Source: an uncultured Oscillospiraceae bacterium
Lineage (GTDB): Bacteria; Bacillota; Clostridia; Oscillospirales; Oscillospiraceae
DNA length: 64,000 bases
Reading direction: 5' to 3'
NCBI GenBank assembly: GCA_947589225.1
Contig: CANQBC010000005.1
Coordinates: 9,006 to 73,005 of the forward strand
This document shows positions 9,953-17,547 of the stretch, piece by piece (positions within the stretch are counted from its first letter, which is position 1; every line of letters starts with the position of its first letter). The notes under the pieces are model-generated. The model saw only the letters and a program-made list of their open reading frames with translations. It did not search any database and was not told where the DNA came from. A program made the position numbers and the translations under genes.

Positions 9953-10693
9953 ATGATAAAAGCGGTCGTACTCGACCTGGACAACACGCTTTTGCGCTCC
10001 GACAAGAGCCTGTCGGACTACTCGCGGGGAGTTTTGGCAAAATGCCGAGAGCATGGGATACGGGTGCTGGCGGCCTCGGCGAGGCCCGAGAGAACGATAC
10101 GGGAATTTGGCGTCTTTGGGGAATTTGAGGCGCTGGTCACCCTCAACGGGGCGCGCATCCTCCTTCCAAATGGGGAGCTTGTGAACGCCATCCCGCCCTT
10201 CGCGGGGGAGGCCGTCCTTGCGCGGCTCATGGACAGGGCGGATGCTGTGCTCTCCGTGGAGACGGACGGCGGTATTTTCTCCAACGTTCCCATCCCGGAG
10301 TGGAATTCCTTGATCTATAACGGCTTCCCGCGGCTGCCGGAGGGTGTCCTCTACAAGATCCTGGCCAGCCGCGTGACGAAGGACGACGTGCTCCATGCCC
10401 TCGCGCCCCATACATATTTTACCGCCATCGAGGGCGGACTGCTCTATCAAATCATGGACAAAACGGCCACCAAGTGGAACGGCGTCCGGGAGATGCTCGC
10501 CGCCTTCGGTATCGACCCCAAGGAAACCGCCTATTTCGGCGACGATTGGGACGATCTTGACTGCGTTCACAACTGCGGGCTGGGTGTGGCTATGTCCAAT
10601 GCCATCCCGGAGGTCAGGGCCGTGGCCGATGCCGTCGCCGGCCCCTGCGACGAGGACGGCGCGGCGCGGTTTATCGAAAAGGAGCTTTTATGA
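9953..10693 (+). CDS. Cof-type HAD-IIB family hydrolase
   Basis: DLDNTLL motif I at the N-terminus and FGDDWDD (GDxxND-like) motif near the C-terminus. Confidence 0.8.
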   Translation: MIKAVVLDLDNTLLRSDKSLSDYSRGVLAKCREHGIRVLAASARPERTIREFGVFGEFEALVTLNGARILLPNGELVNAIPPFAGEAVLARLMDRADAVLSVETDGGIFSNVPIPEWNSLIYNGFPRLPEGVLYKILASRVTKDDVLHALAPHTYFTAIEGGLLYQIMDKTATKWNGVREMLAAFGIDPKETAYFGDDWDDLDCVHNCGLGVAMSNAIPEVRAVADAVAGPCDEDGAARFIEKELL

Positions 10694-11832
10694 CGAGAAA
10701 ACTATACTACGAGGACTCCCATATTCGGGAGTTTGACGCGGTGGTGAGTTCCTGCGCCGAGCGGGAAGGATTTTTTGAGATCGTTCTGGACAAAACGGCC
10801 TTTTTCCCCGAGGGCGGCGGCAACCCGGCCGACACAGGGACGCTGGGCAGTGTAAACGTCCTCCACACCTTCGAAAGGGAGGGCGAGGTCGTCCACCGCT
10901 GCGATTCACCGCTGGAGGCCGGGAGCGCCGTCCACGGGGCCATCGACTGGGACAGGCGGTTTTCCAATATGCAGAACCACTCCGCCGAGCACATCGTCTC
11001 CGGGATCGTCCACCGCCGGCACGGCTTTGCCAACGTGGGCTTTCACATGGGCGAGGACGGGGTCATTGTGGACTTCGACGGGTTTATGGACGATGGGGAG
11101 CTTTCGGACGTGGAGCGGGAGGCCAACGAGGCCGTCTGGCGGGACGCGCCCGTTACCGCCTGGTTCCCCTCGCCGGAGGAGCTGGGGCGGATCGCCTACC
11201 GCAGCAAGTTGGAGCTTACGGAGAACGTGCGGCTGGTGGCTGTCGAGGGGGTGGACGTGTGCGCCTGCTGCGCCCCCCACGTCAAGCGCACCGGGGAGAT
11301 CGGCGTAATCAAGATCTTCGAGTCCATCCGCCGGAAAAACGGCGTGCGTCTGCGGATGCTGGCGGGGAGCCGGGCGTATGAGGACTATGTAAAGAGGGCG
11401 GGGGCCGTCTCCGAGATTTCGGCGCTGCTGTCGGCAAAACAGGATGACGTGGCGGGAGCCGTGGAGCGGCTCCTCCGGGAGCGGGACGAGCTCAATTATA
11501 AGCTCGGGGGACTTAAGCGGCAGATGATCGGGGGTAAGGTCTCGGCTATGGACAAAACGGACGGGACGGCCCTCTTCTTCGAGCCGGATCTCGACATGAA
11601 GGAGCTGCAACTGCTGGCCAACGCCGCGAGGGAGAAGTGCGCCGTCGCGGCGGCCTTTTCCGGGGTCGATGGGGCGGGGTATAAATACGCCCTCGCGTCC
11701 AAAACCGTGGACTTGCGCGAGACGTCCCGCCGCGTGAACGCCGCCCTCAATGGCCGCGGCGGCGGCAGGCCGGAGCTGGTCACCGGGACGGTGAATGCCA
11801 CCAGGGAGGAGATAGAGGGGTATTGGCGCTGA
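10690..11832 (+). CDS. alaX: Alanyl-tRNA editing protein (AlaX-L type, with C-terminal DHHA1-like region)
   Basis: Zinc-binding HSAEH and CCAPH motifs of the AlaRS editing domain. 4-nt overlap with the preceding HAD gene. Confidence 0.75.
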   Translation: MTRKLYYEDSHIREFDAVVSSCAEREGFFEIVLDKTAFFPEGGGNPADTGTLGSVNVLHTFEREGEVVHRCDSPLEAGSAVHGAIDWDRRFSNMQNHSAEHIVSGIVHRRHGFANVGFHMGEDGVIVDFDGFMDDGELSDVEREANEAVWRDAPVTAWFPSPEELGRIAYRSKLELTENVRLVAVEGVDVCACCAPHVKRTGEIGVIKIFESIRRKNGVRLRMLAGSRAYEDYVKRAGAVSEISALLSAKQDDVAGAVERLLRERDELNYKLGGLKRQMIGGKVSAMDKTDGTALFFEPDLDMKELQLLANAAREKCAVAAAFSGVDGAGYKYALASKTVDLRETSRRVNAALNGRGGGRPELVTGTVNATREEIEGYWR

Positions 11833-11834
11833 CG

Positions 11835-12090
11835 CCTCCCCCCGACGGGGGGCCGTGACCACGGCAAGGCAATTTACTTTCCTCTTTTTGGATTCCCAAA
11901 AAGGGGAAAGTAACAAAGGAGAAAAAAGAACCAAGGGGGATTTCGATTTTCCCCCTTGGAACCCCTTTTAAAAACGACCAGCTTAGGGGGCCTGCGGGCC
12001 CCCTGCTGGACACACCCCCGGGGACGCCCCATTGGAAAAATGGCGTTGTTAGGAGGAAAGCCTTCCCCGCAGGGCGGGGAAGGCTTTGGG
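11835..12090 (+). other. Array of at least five consecutive GC-rich stem-loops in the alaX-metF intergenic region
   Basis: Hairpins read by eye:
- CCCCCC-GAC-GGGGGG (11837-11851)
- a 17-bp stem at 11875-11912
- CCAAGGGGGA/TCCCCCTTGG (11931-11959)
- AGGGGGCC-TGCG-GGCCCCCT (about 11983-12002)
- a 14-bp stem AAAGCCTTCCCCGC-AGG-GCGGGGAAGGCTTT (12058-12088)

No credible ORF is present. Confidence 0.4.
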
Positions 12091-12157
12091 AACGCGGAAC
12101 GGGGCCAGTAGAAAAATGCCATCCCCAACGGTACGGAAGATTGGAGGTTTACATAAG

Positions 12158-13021
12158 ATGTACATTCGAGAGATCTACAAAACGAAGAAGCTGCCGATTT
12201 CCTATGAGATCTTTCCGCCCAAGGGGGAGCTCAACGTGGAGACGCTGAGGGGGACGCTGGACGCGCTTGCCGGGACGGAGCCGGACTTCATCTCCGTGAC
12301 CTGCTCGGCCGGGGGTTCCGGGAACAGGGGAAACACCGCGGCGCTCACCGGCGTCATTGAGCGCGAGTACGGCATCCCCGCCGTAGCGCACCTGACGTGC
12401 GTCAACTCCACACGCGCCGATGTGGACGCGGCGGTGGAGGAGATACGCGGGCAGGGGATCTCCAACGTCTTTGCCCTCCGAGGGGACAGACTGCCGGGGA
12501 GCGAGACGCGGGATTTCCGCTACGGGGCGCAGCTTGTGCGGTATCTCCGGGAGACCACGGACTTCTGCGTGGGCGGCGGGTGCTACCCGGAGGGTCACGT
12601 GGAGTGCGACGACTTTGACGAGGACATCCGGCACCTCCGGGAGAAGCAGGACGCCGGGGCGGAGTTTTTCCTGAGCCAGCTCTTTTTTGAGAATACGGCA
12701 TTTTACCGCTTTGTGGAGAAGGCCAGGGCCGCGGGGATCACCGCGCCCATCGACGCGGGGATAATGCCCATCATGGGCAAGAGCCAGATCACCCGGATGG
12801 TCTTTTTGTGCGGGGCGAGCCTGCCCTCCGCCGTCATACGGATGGTGAACCGCTATGAGAACGACCCTGCCTCCCTCCTGAAAGCCGGGATGGAGTACGC
12901 GGCCAGACAGATCCTGGATCTCGCGGCGTCCGGCGCGGCCAGCGGCATCCACATCTACACCATGAATAAACCCGAGGTGGCAAAATTCGAGATGGGGGTC
13001 CTGCGCGATGCCGGGTTCTGA
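12158..13021 (+). CDS. metF: 5,10-methylenetetrahydrofolate reductase
   Basis: ISYEIFPPKG, FISVT and the HLTC motif. The ATG at 12158 follows a GGAGG at 12143-12147, so the 12086 start in the ORF track is rejected. Confidence 0.85.
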   Translation: MYIREIYKTKKLPISYEIFPPKGELNVETLRGTLDALAGTEPDFISVTCSAGGSGNRGNTAALTGVIEREYGIPAVAHLTCVNSTRADVDAAVEEIRGQGISNVFALRGDRLPGSETRDFRYGAQLVRYLRETTDFCVGGGCYPEGHVECDDFDEDIRHLREKQDAGAEFFLSQLFFENTAFYRFVEKARAAGITAPIDAGIMPIMGKSQITRMVFLCGASLPSAVIRMVNRYENDPASLLKAGMEYAARQILDLAASGAASGIHIYTMNKPEVAKFEMGVLRDAGF

Positions 13022-13700
13022 TTTTACGATCGATAAAAGCGAGGTTCTGCGCTATCTGGGACACCGGGGGCAGGAGATTGGGGCGGAGCTTGACAGGCTC
13101 ATTGAGGAGAACATTCAAAGGTGCGTTGAGAGCGCGAAGCCCCTCTATTTCTGGCGGGTCTTTCCCCTGACGGAGGACGCCGGCGGCCAGCCGGAGCTTG
13201 AAGGCACGGGCGTCGTCCTCCGGGGGCGGGACATCAAAAAGCACCTGGACGGGGCGAAAAAATGCGTAATCATGGCGGCCACGCTGGGAACAGACGTGGA
13301 GCGGGAGATGATGAGGGCAGGCCGGAGATCCGCCACCGAAGAGGTTATTCTCAACGCGGCGTGTACCGCGCTTATCGAGAGCGTGGCGGATGTCTGCGAA
13401 CGGGAGGCGGCGGAGTATGCGCGTTCGCGTGGCTTTGTGACGTCTTACCGGTACAGTCCCGGTTATGGGGACTTCCCGCTTGCGCAGCAGCGGGAGGTGC
13501 TGGGCGTTCTGGACGCCGAAACGCGCCTTGGCATCATGCTGACGGATTCCATGCTGATGGTGCCGAAGAAGAGCGTGTCGGCGCTGCTGGGGCTTTACCC
13601 GGAGGATTCCGGCGTCAGGCGCGGCGGCACCAGCTGCGACAGGTGCGAAAACCGCGAGACCTGTTCATTCAGAAAGGAGGGGTACGGCTGTGAGGGCTGA
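13008..13700 (+). CDS. Stand-alone methionine synthase activation (SAM-binding/reactivation) domain protein
   Basis: Its size, its position between metF and the short metH, and the motifs YSPGYGDFPL and a C-terminal CDRCENRETC match the stand-alone MetH activation-domain family. It overlaps metF by 14 nt and metH by 11 nt. Confidence 0.7.
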   Translation: MPGSDFTIDKSEVLRYLGHRGQEIGAELDRLIEENIQRCVESAKPLYFWRVFPLTEDAGGQPELEGTGVVLRGRDIKKHLDGAKKCVIMAATLGTDVEREMMRAGRRSATEEVILNAACTALIESVADVCEREAAEYARSRGFVTSYRYSPGYGDFPLAQQREVLGVLDAETRLGIMLTDSMLMVPKKSVSALLGLYPEDSGVRRGGTSCDRCENRETCSFRKEGYGCEG

Positions 13701-16086
13701 CGGATTTACGCTTTTTGACGGCGCCATGGGCACCGAGCTTCAAAAGAGGGGCTTAAGGCCCGGCGCCCTGCCAGAGCTTCTCAATCTCACAGACCCCGAT
13801 GTGGTGCGGGCCGTCCACGCTGATTACGTCGCCGCCGGGGCGGACGTCATCACGGCAAACACCTTTGGGGCGAACTCCCGAAAGCTCGGGAGCGTCGAAA
13901 AAGTCGAGGAGGTCATCTCCACCGGCGTACGGCTTGCCAGGGAGGCCGGGGCGAAGCGCGTGGCGCTGGATCTGGGGCCGACCGGGGCGATGCTGGCGCC
14001 TCTGGGCACCATGAGCTTTGACGAGGCGTATGCGCTTTTCAAGGAGCAGGTTCTGGCGGGCGTCAGGGCCGGGGCGGATCTGGCGCTCATCGAGACCATG
14101 TCCGATCTTCTGGAGGCCAAGGCGGCGCTTTTGGCGGTGAAGGAAAACTCCGATCTGCCGGTTTTTGTGACCATGACCTTCGCCCAGGACGGCAGGACAT
14201 TCCTGGGCACCAGTCCCGCCGTGGCGGCGGTGACGCTCTCGTCTTTGGGGGCGGACGCCGTGGGAATAAACTGCTCTCTGGGCCCGGAGGAGATAATCCC
14301 CTTTGTCAATGAGATGCTCGCGTGGTCGACGGCGCCGGTCATTGTCCAGCCCAACGCGGGACTGCCGGACGCCACGTCGGGGGAGACGGTCTATCACGTG
14401 ACGCCGGAGGCGTTCGCCCAGGCCGTGGGGCGGATGTTGGACGCGGGCGTGTCCATCGCCGGCGGCTGCTGCGGCACCACCCCGGAGCATATCCGGCTCC
14501 TGCGGGCGCAGATGGACGGGAGAACGCCTTTAAAGCGGGAGACACCCCATAAGACGGCGTTTACCAGCTCCCAGAGGCTGGTGTGCCCGGAGGGGGGCGT
14601 CGCCGTCATCGGCGAGAGGATCAACCCCACCGGAAAGAAGAAGATCAAGGAGGCCCTGCGCGCCCAGAGCTTCGACTACATCCTCAACGAGGCCATCAAC
14701 CAGGAGGAGGCCGGGGCGGAGCTCCTGGACGTGAACGCGGGACTGCCGGAGATCGACGAGCCGGGGACGCTGACGCGGCTTGTGACGGCCCTCCAGGCGG
14801 TGACGCCGCTGCCCCTGCAGATCGACAGCGCCGACCCCGCCGCCATCGACCGGGCCTGCCGCGTCTACGCCGGAAAGCCGATCATCAATTCGGTGAACGG
14901 CAAGGAGGAGAGCCTGTCGGCCATCCTGCCGCTGGTGAAGAAGTACGGCGCCGCCGTGGTGGGGCTGACCCTGGACGAGAGGGGCATCCCGGAGACGGCG
15001 GAGGAGAGGCTGGCCATCGCGGAGAGGATCGTAAAAAGGGCGGGGGAGTACGGCATCCCCAAAGAGGACGTTCTCATCGACTGCCTGACCATGACGGCCT
15101 CCACCAACCAAAAACTGGCCCGCGAGACCCTGAGAGCCGTCCATTTGGTGACGGAGCGGCTGAAGGTCAAGACCGTCCTGGGCGTCAGCAACATCTCCTT
15201 CGGCCTTCCCAACCGGGAGCTGATCAACGCCGCGTTCCTGGCCGCCGCCTTCGGGGAGGGGCTGACCATGCCCATCCTGAATCCGCTGTCACAGCGTTAC
15301 ATGGACGTGGTGGCCGCCTGGCGGGTGCTCTCCGGCCAGGACGGGAACGCCCAGGGGTACATCGAAACTTATGTTAACCGCACCACCTCTTATCAGAGTT
15401 ATGTTAACAAAGATGGCGGAAAAGTTATGTCTACTGGAGGGGGAGATCCCTCCGGCGAAGCGGGGAATGATGTTGACATAATGTCAATCGTCCTATCCGG
15501 GCGGAAAATGCTCATTGAGGACGCGGTGAAGGAGGCGCTGAAGGAGAAAGCGCCCATGGAGGTGGTGAACGGGCTTCTGATCCCCGCCATCAACGCCGCC
15601 GGAGACCGATTCGAGAGAGGGCAGTTCTTCCTGCCGCAGCTGATGGCCTCCGCGGAGACGGTGAAGCTCGGTTTTGACGTTATTCGGGATTCCGCCAGAT
15701 CCGGGGAGGTCACAAGTAAGGGGAAGATCCTGCTTGCCACCGTGAAGGGAGACATACACGACATCGGGAAGAACATTGTGAAGATGCTCCTTCAAAATTA
15801 CGGCTATGAGATCGTGGACCTGGGGCGCGACGTGCCGCCGGAGCTTATCGTGGAGGTGACGCTGCGGGAGAAGATCAGGCTCGTGGGGCTTTCCGCCCTT
15901 ATGACCACCACGGTGAAAGCCATGGGGGAGACGATCGAGAAGCTTCATGAAGCTGGGGCGGACTGCAAGGTGATGGTGGGCGGCGCGGTACTCAGTCCCG
16001 AGTACGCGAAGCTTGTTGGCGCGGATTACTATTCTAAGGACGCGCAGGAATCGGCGCGGATCGCCGCGGAGGTTTTTGGGAAGTAG
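13690..16086 (+). CDS. metH: Cobalamin-dependent methionine synthase, short form (Hcy-binding + pterin-binding + B12-binding, no activation domain)
   Basis: Hcy domain (GGCCGTTPEH), pterin-binding region, and B12-binding DxHxxG (DIHDIGKNIV) plus SALMTTT. Confidence 0.85.
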   Translation: MRADGFTLFDGAMGTELQKRGLRPGALPELLNLTDPDVVRAVHADYVAAGADVITANTFGANSRKLGSVEKVEEVISTGVRLAREAGAKRVALDLGPTGAMLAPLGTMSFDEAYALFKEQVLAGVRAGADLALIETMSDLLEAKAALLAVKENSDLPVFVTMTFAQDGRTFLGTSPAVAAVTLSSLGADAVGINCSLGPEEIIPFVNEMLAWSTAPVIVQPNAGLPDATSGETVYHVTPEAFAQAVGRMLDAGVSIAGGCCGTTPEHIRLLRAQMDGRTPLKRETPHKTAFTSSQRLVCPEGGVAVIGERINPTGKKKIKEALRAQSFDYILNEAINQEEAGAELLDVNAGLPEIDEPGTLTRLVTALQAVTPLPLQIDSADPAAIDRACRVYAGKPIINSVNGKEESLSAILPLVKKYGAAVVGLTLDERGIPETAEERLAIAERIVKRAGEYGIPKEDVLIDCLTMTASTNQKLARETLRAVHLVTERLKVKTVLGVSNISFGLPNRELINAAFLAAAFGEGLTMPILNPLSQRYMDVVAAWRVLSGQDGNAQGYIETYVNRTTSYQSYVNKDGGKVMSTGGGDPSGEAGNDVDIMSIVLSGRKMLIEDAVKEALKEKAPMEVVNGLLIPAINAAGDRFERGQFFLPQLMASAETVKLGFDVIRDSARSGEVTSKGKILLATVKGDIHDIGKNIVKMLLQNYGYEIVDLGRDVPPELIVEVTLREKIRLVGLSALMTTTVKAMGETIEKLHEAGADCKVMVGGAVLSPEYAKLVGADYYSKDAQESARIAAEVFGK

Positions 16087-16148
16087 GAAGTAGAAATATT
16101 CTATTCACGGCCCGTTTCACAAAAAATTAATTTTTTCAAAAAAAAACC

Positions 16149-16177
16149 TTGACAACCCCATTACGTGTGGGTATAAT
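16149..16177 (+). promoter_or_regulatory. Consensus sigma-A promoter for tRNA-Gln
   Basis: TTGACA (16149-16154), exactly 17 nt spacer, TATAAT (16172-16177). An A-rich tract lies upstream, and the tRNA begins 14 nt after the -10. Confidence 0.75.
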
Positions 16178-16190
16178 AGCTCTTGCGTTT

Positions 16191-16264
16191 AGCGGGATTG
16201 TGTAAAGGTAGCACAGCGGACTCTGACTCCGTATGTGAGGGTTCGAATCCTTCTCCCGCTGCCA
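16191..16264 (+). tRNA. tRNA-Gln (anticodon CTG), 74 nt with encoded CCA
   Basis: Hand-folded cloverleaf:
- acceptor AGCGGGA/TCCCGCT
- D stem GTGT/GCAC
- anticodon stem GCGGA/TCCGT with loop CT-CTG-AC
- T arm GAGGG-TTCGAAT-CCTTC
- discriminator G plus CCA. Confidence 0.85.
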
Positions 16265-16271
16265 TAGTTGG

Positions 16272-16315
16272 AAAACCCGGAATTGCTTGTGTCGCAAGCT
16301 GTTCCGGGTTTTTTA
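16272..16315 (+). terminator. Intrinsic terminator after tRNA-Gln
   Basis: Stem AAAACCCGGAA ... TTCCGGGTTTT, followed by a T run. Confidence 0.75.
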
Positions 16316-16415
16316 CATGTTCTCCTACGCAGACCTTTCAGCGGATAGACGGAAATTCCTCAACGCACCTGGAAACAGTTGTTTTTTACATTTTTTATTT
16401 TTACAATTTTTATAC

Positions 16416-16443
16416 TTGAATTGGTTGACAGGTATGGTATAAT
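16416..16443 (+). promoter_or_regulatory. Candidate promoter for fba
   Basis: TTGAAT (16416-16421), 16-nt spacer ending in TGG (extended -10-like), TATAAT (16438-16443). An AT-rich UP-like tract lies upstream. Confidence 0.5.
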
Positions 16444-16486
16444 AAGTTTGTGGTATCCCCTAATTTTCTACATAGGAGTGAAATTT

Positions 16487-17455
16487 ATGCCTTTAGTAAC
16501 CACGACTGAAATGTTTAAGAAAGCCTATGACGGCGGGTACGCTGTCGGCGCTTTCAACGTCAACAACATGGAGATCGTCCAGGGCATCACCGAGGCCGCC
16601 CGGGAACAGCATGCGCCGCTGATCCTCCAGGTGTCCAAGGGCGCCCGCGCTTACGCAAACCATACCTACCTTGTGAAGCTTGTTGAGGCGGCGGCCATTG
16701 AGTGCCCCGACATCCCCATCGCGCTTCATTTGGATCATGGCCCGGATTTTGAGACCTGCAAGTCCTGCATTGATGGCGGCTTCACCTCCGTCATGATCGA
16801 CGCCAGCTCCAAGCCCTTTGAAGAGAACATCGCCATCACCCGCAAGGTGGTCGAGTATGCCCATGACCACGGCGTGGTTGTGGAGGCCGAGCTGGGCTCT
16901 CTGGCCGGCGTGGAGGACGAGGTCAACGTCTCCGCCGAGGACTCCAGCTACACCCGCCCCGAGGAGGTGGAGGAATTTGTCTCCCGGACAGGTTGCGACT
17001 CCCTGGCCATCGCCATTGGTACCAGTCACGGCGCTTACAAGTTCACTGCCGCCCAGTGTACCCGCAATGAGCAGGGTGTCCTTGTGCCGCCTCCGCTTCG
17101 GTTCGACATCCTCGAGGAGGTCTCCCGCAGGCTCCCCGGTTTCCCCATCGTGCTCCACGGCTCCTCCAGCGTACCCCAGGAGTATGTGAAGATGATCAAC
17201 GACAACGGCGGAAAGATGCCTGACGCCGTGGGCATCCCCGAGGAGCAGCTACGCAAGGCTGCCACGCTGTCGGTTTGCAAAATCAACATCGATTCCGATC
17301 TGCGCCTTGCCATGACCGGCTCCATTCGCAAGTATTTTGCCGACCATCCCGACCACTTCGATCCGAGGCAGTATCTGACCCCGGCTCGCGCTAATATCAA
17401 GGCCATTGTGACCCACAAGCTCATTGATGTTCTGGGCTGTGCCGGCAAGGCCTGA
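16487..17455 (+). CDS. fba: Class II fructose-1,6-bisphosphate aldolase
   Basis: MPLVTTTEMFKKAYDGGYAVGAFNVNNME, the LHLDHG motif and AIGTSHGAYKF. AGGAG RBS at 16474-16478. The 16379 start in the track is rejected. Confidence 0.9.
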   Translation: MPLVTTTEMFKKAYDGGYAVGAFNVNNMEIVQGITEAAREQHAPLILQVSKGARAYANHTYLVKLVEAAAIECPDIPIALHLDHGPDFETCKSCIDGGFTSVMIDASSKPFEENIAITRKVVEYAHDHGVVVEAELGSLAGVEDEVNVSAEDSSYTRPEEVEEFVSRTGCDSLAIAIGTSHGAYKFTAAQCTRNEQGVLVPPPLRFDILEEVSRRLPGFPIVLHGSSSVPQEYVKMINDNGGKMPDAVGIPEEQLRKAATLSVCKINIDSDLRLAMTGSIRKYFADHPDHFDPRQYLTPARANIKAIVTHKLIDVLGCAGKA

Positions 17456-17468
17456 GGTCAATTTTGTC

Positions 17469-17493
17469 GGAAGGCGGCGGCCAGCCGCTTTCC
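17469..17493 (+). terminator. Stem-loop downstream of fba (possible terminator, no T run)
   Basis: 10-bp stem GGAAGGCGGC / GCCGCTTTCC (one G-U pair) with a 5-nt loop. Confidence 0.3.
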
Positions 17494-17547
17494 GATCATA
17501 GAGAGATATCCGCATTTAGCGGGTAGTGTGCCACAGGTGGTGATACA

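Noticed and set aside
10906-11934. A 342-aa ORF antisense to alaX. Similar long antisense or alternate-frame ORFs occur at 1095-2027, 4853-6085, 6841-7845, 12149-12952, 48806-49795, 50512-51702 and 51549-52766.
   Set aside because: They lie opposite or out of frame to genes with clear family motifs. Their products are Arg/Pro/Gly/His-rich and low-complexity, and no RBS is visible. Long stop-free antisense frames are expected in GC-rich DNA.
12086-12157. The longer metF start (12086). The longer fba start (16379), murD start (21471) and terL start (46378) fall in the same category.
   Set aside because: In each case an internal ATG with a good Shine-Dalgarno sequence coincides with the conserved family N-terminus, and the upstream codons fall in promoter or intergenic sequence.
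11835-12157. A possible SAM, cobalamin or THF riboswitch upstream of metF.
   Set aside because: I could not find the conserved cores (the S-box GGNGGAGGGA...AGATGAG pattern, the B12 box GCCACTG, or THF-type GAGTAG...GCGTGC elements). The region is therefore reported only as unexplained stem-loops. An Infernal scan is needed.
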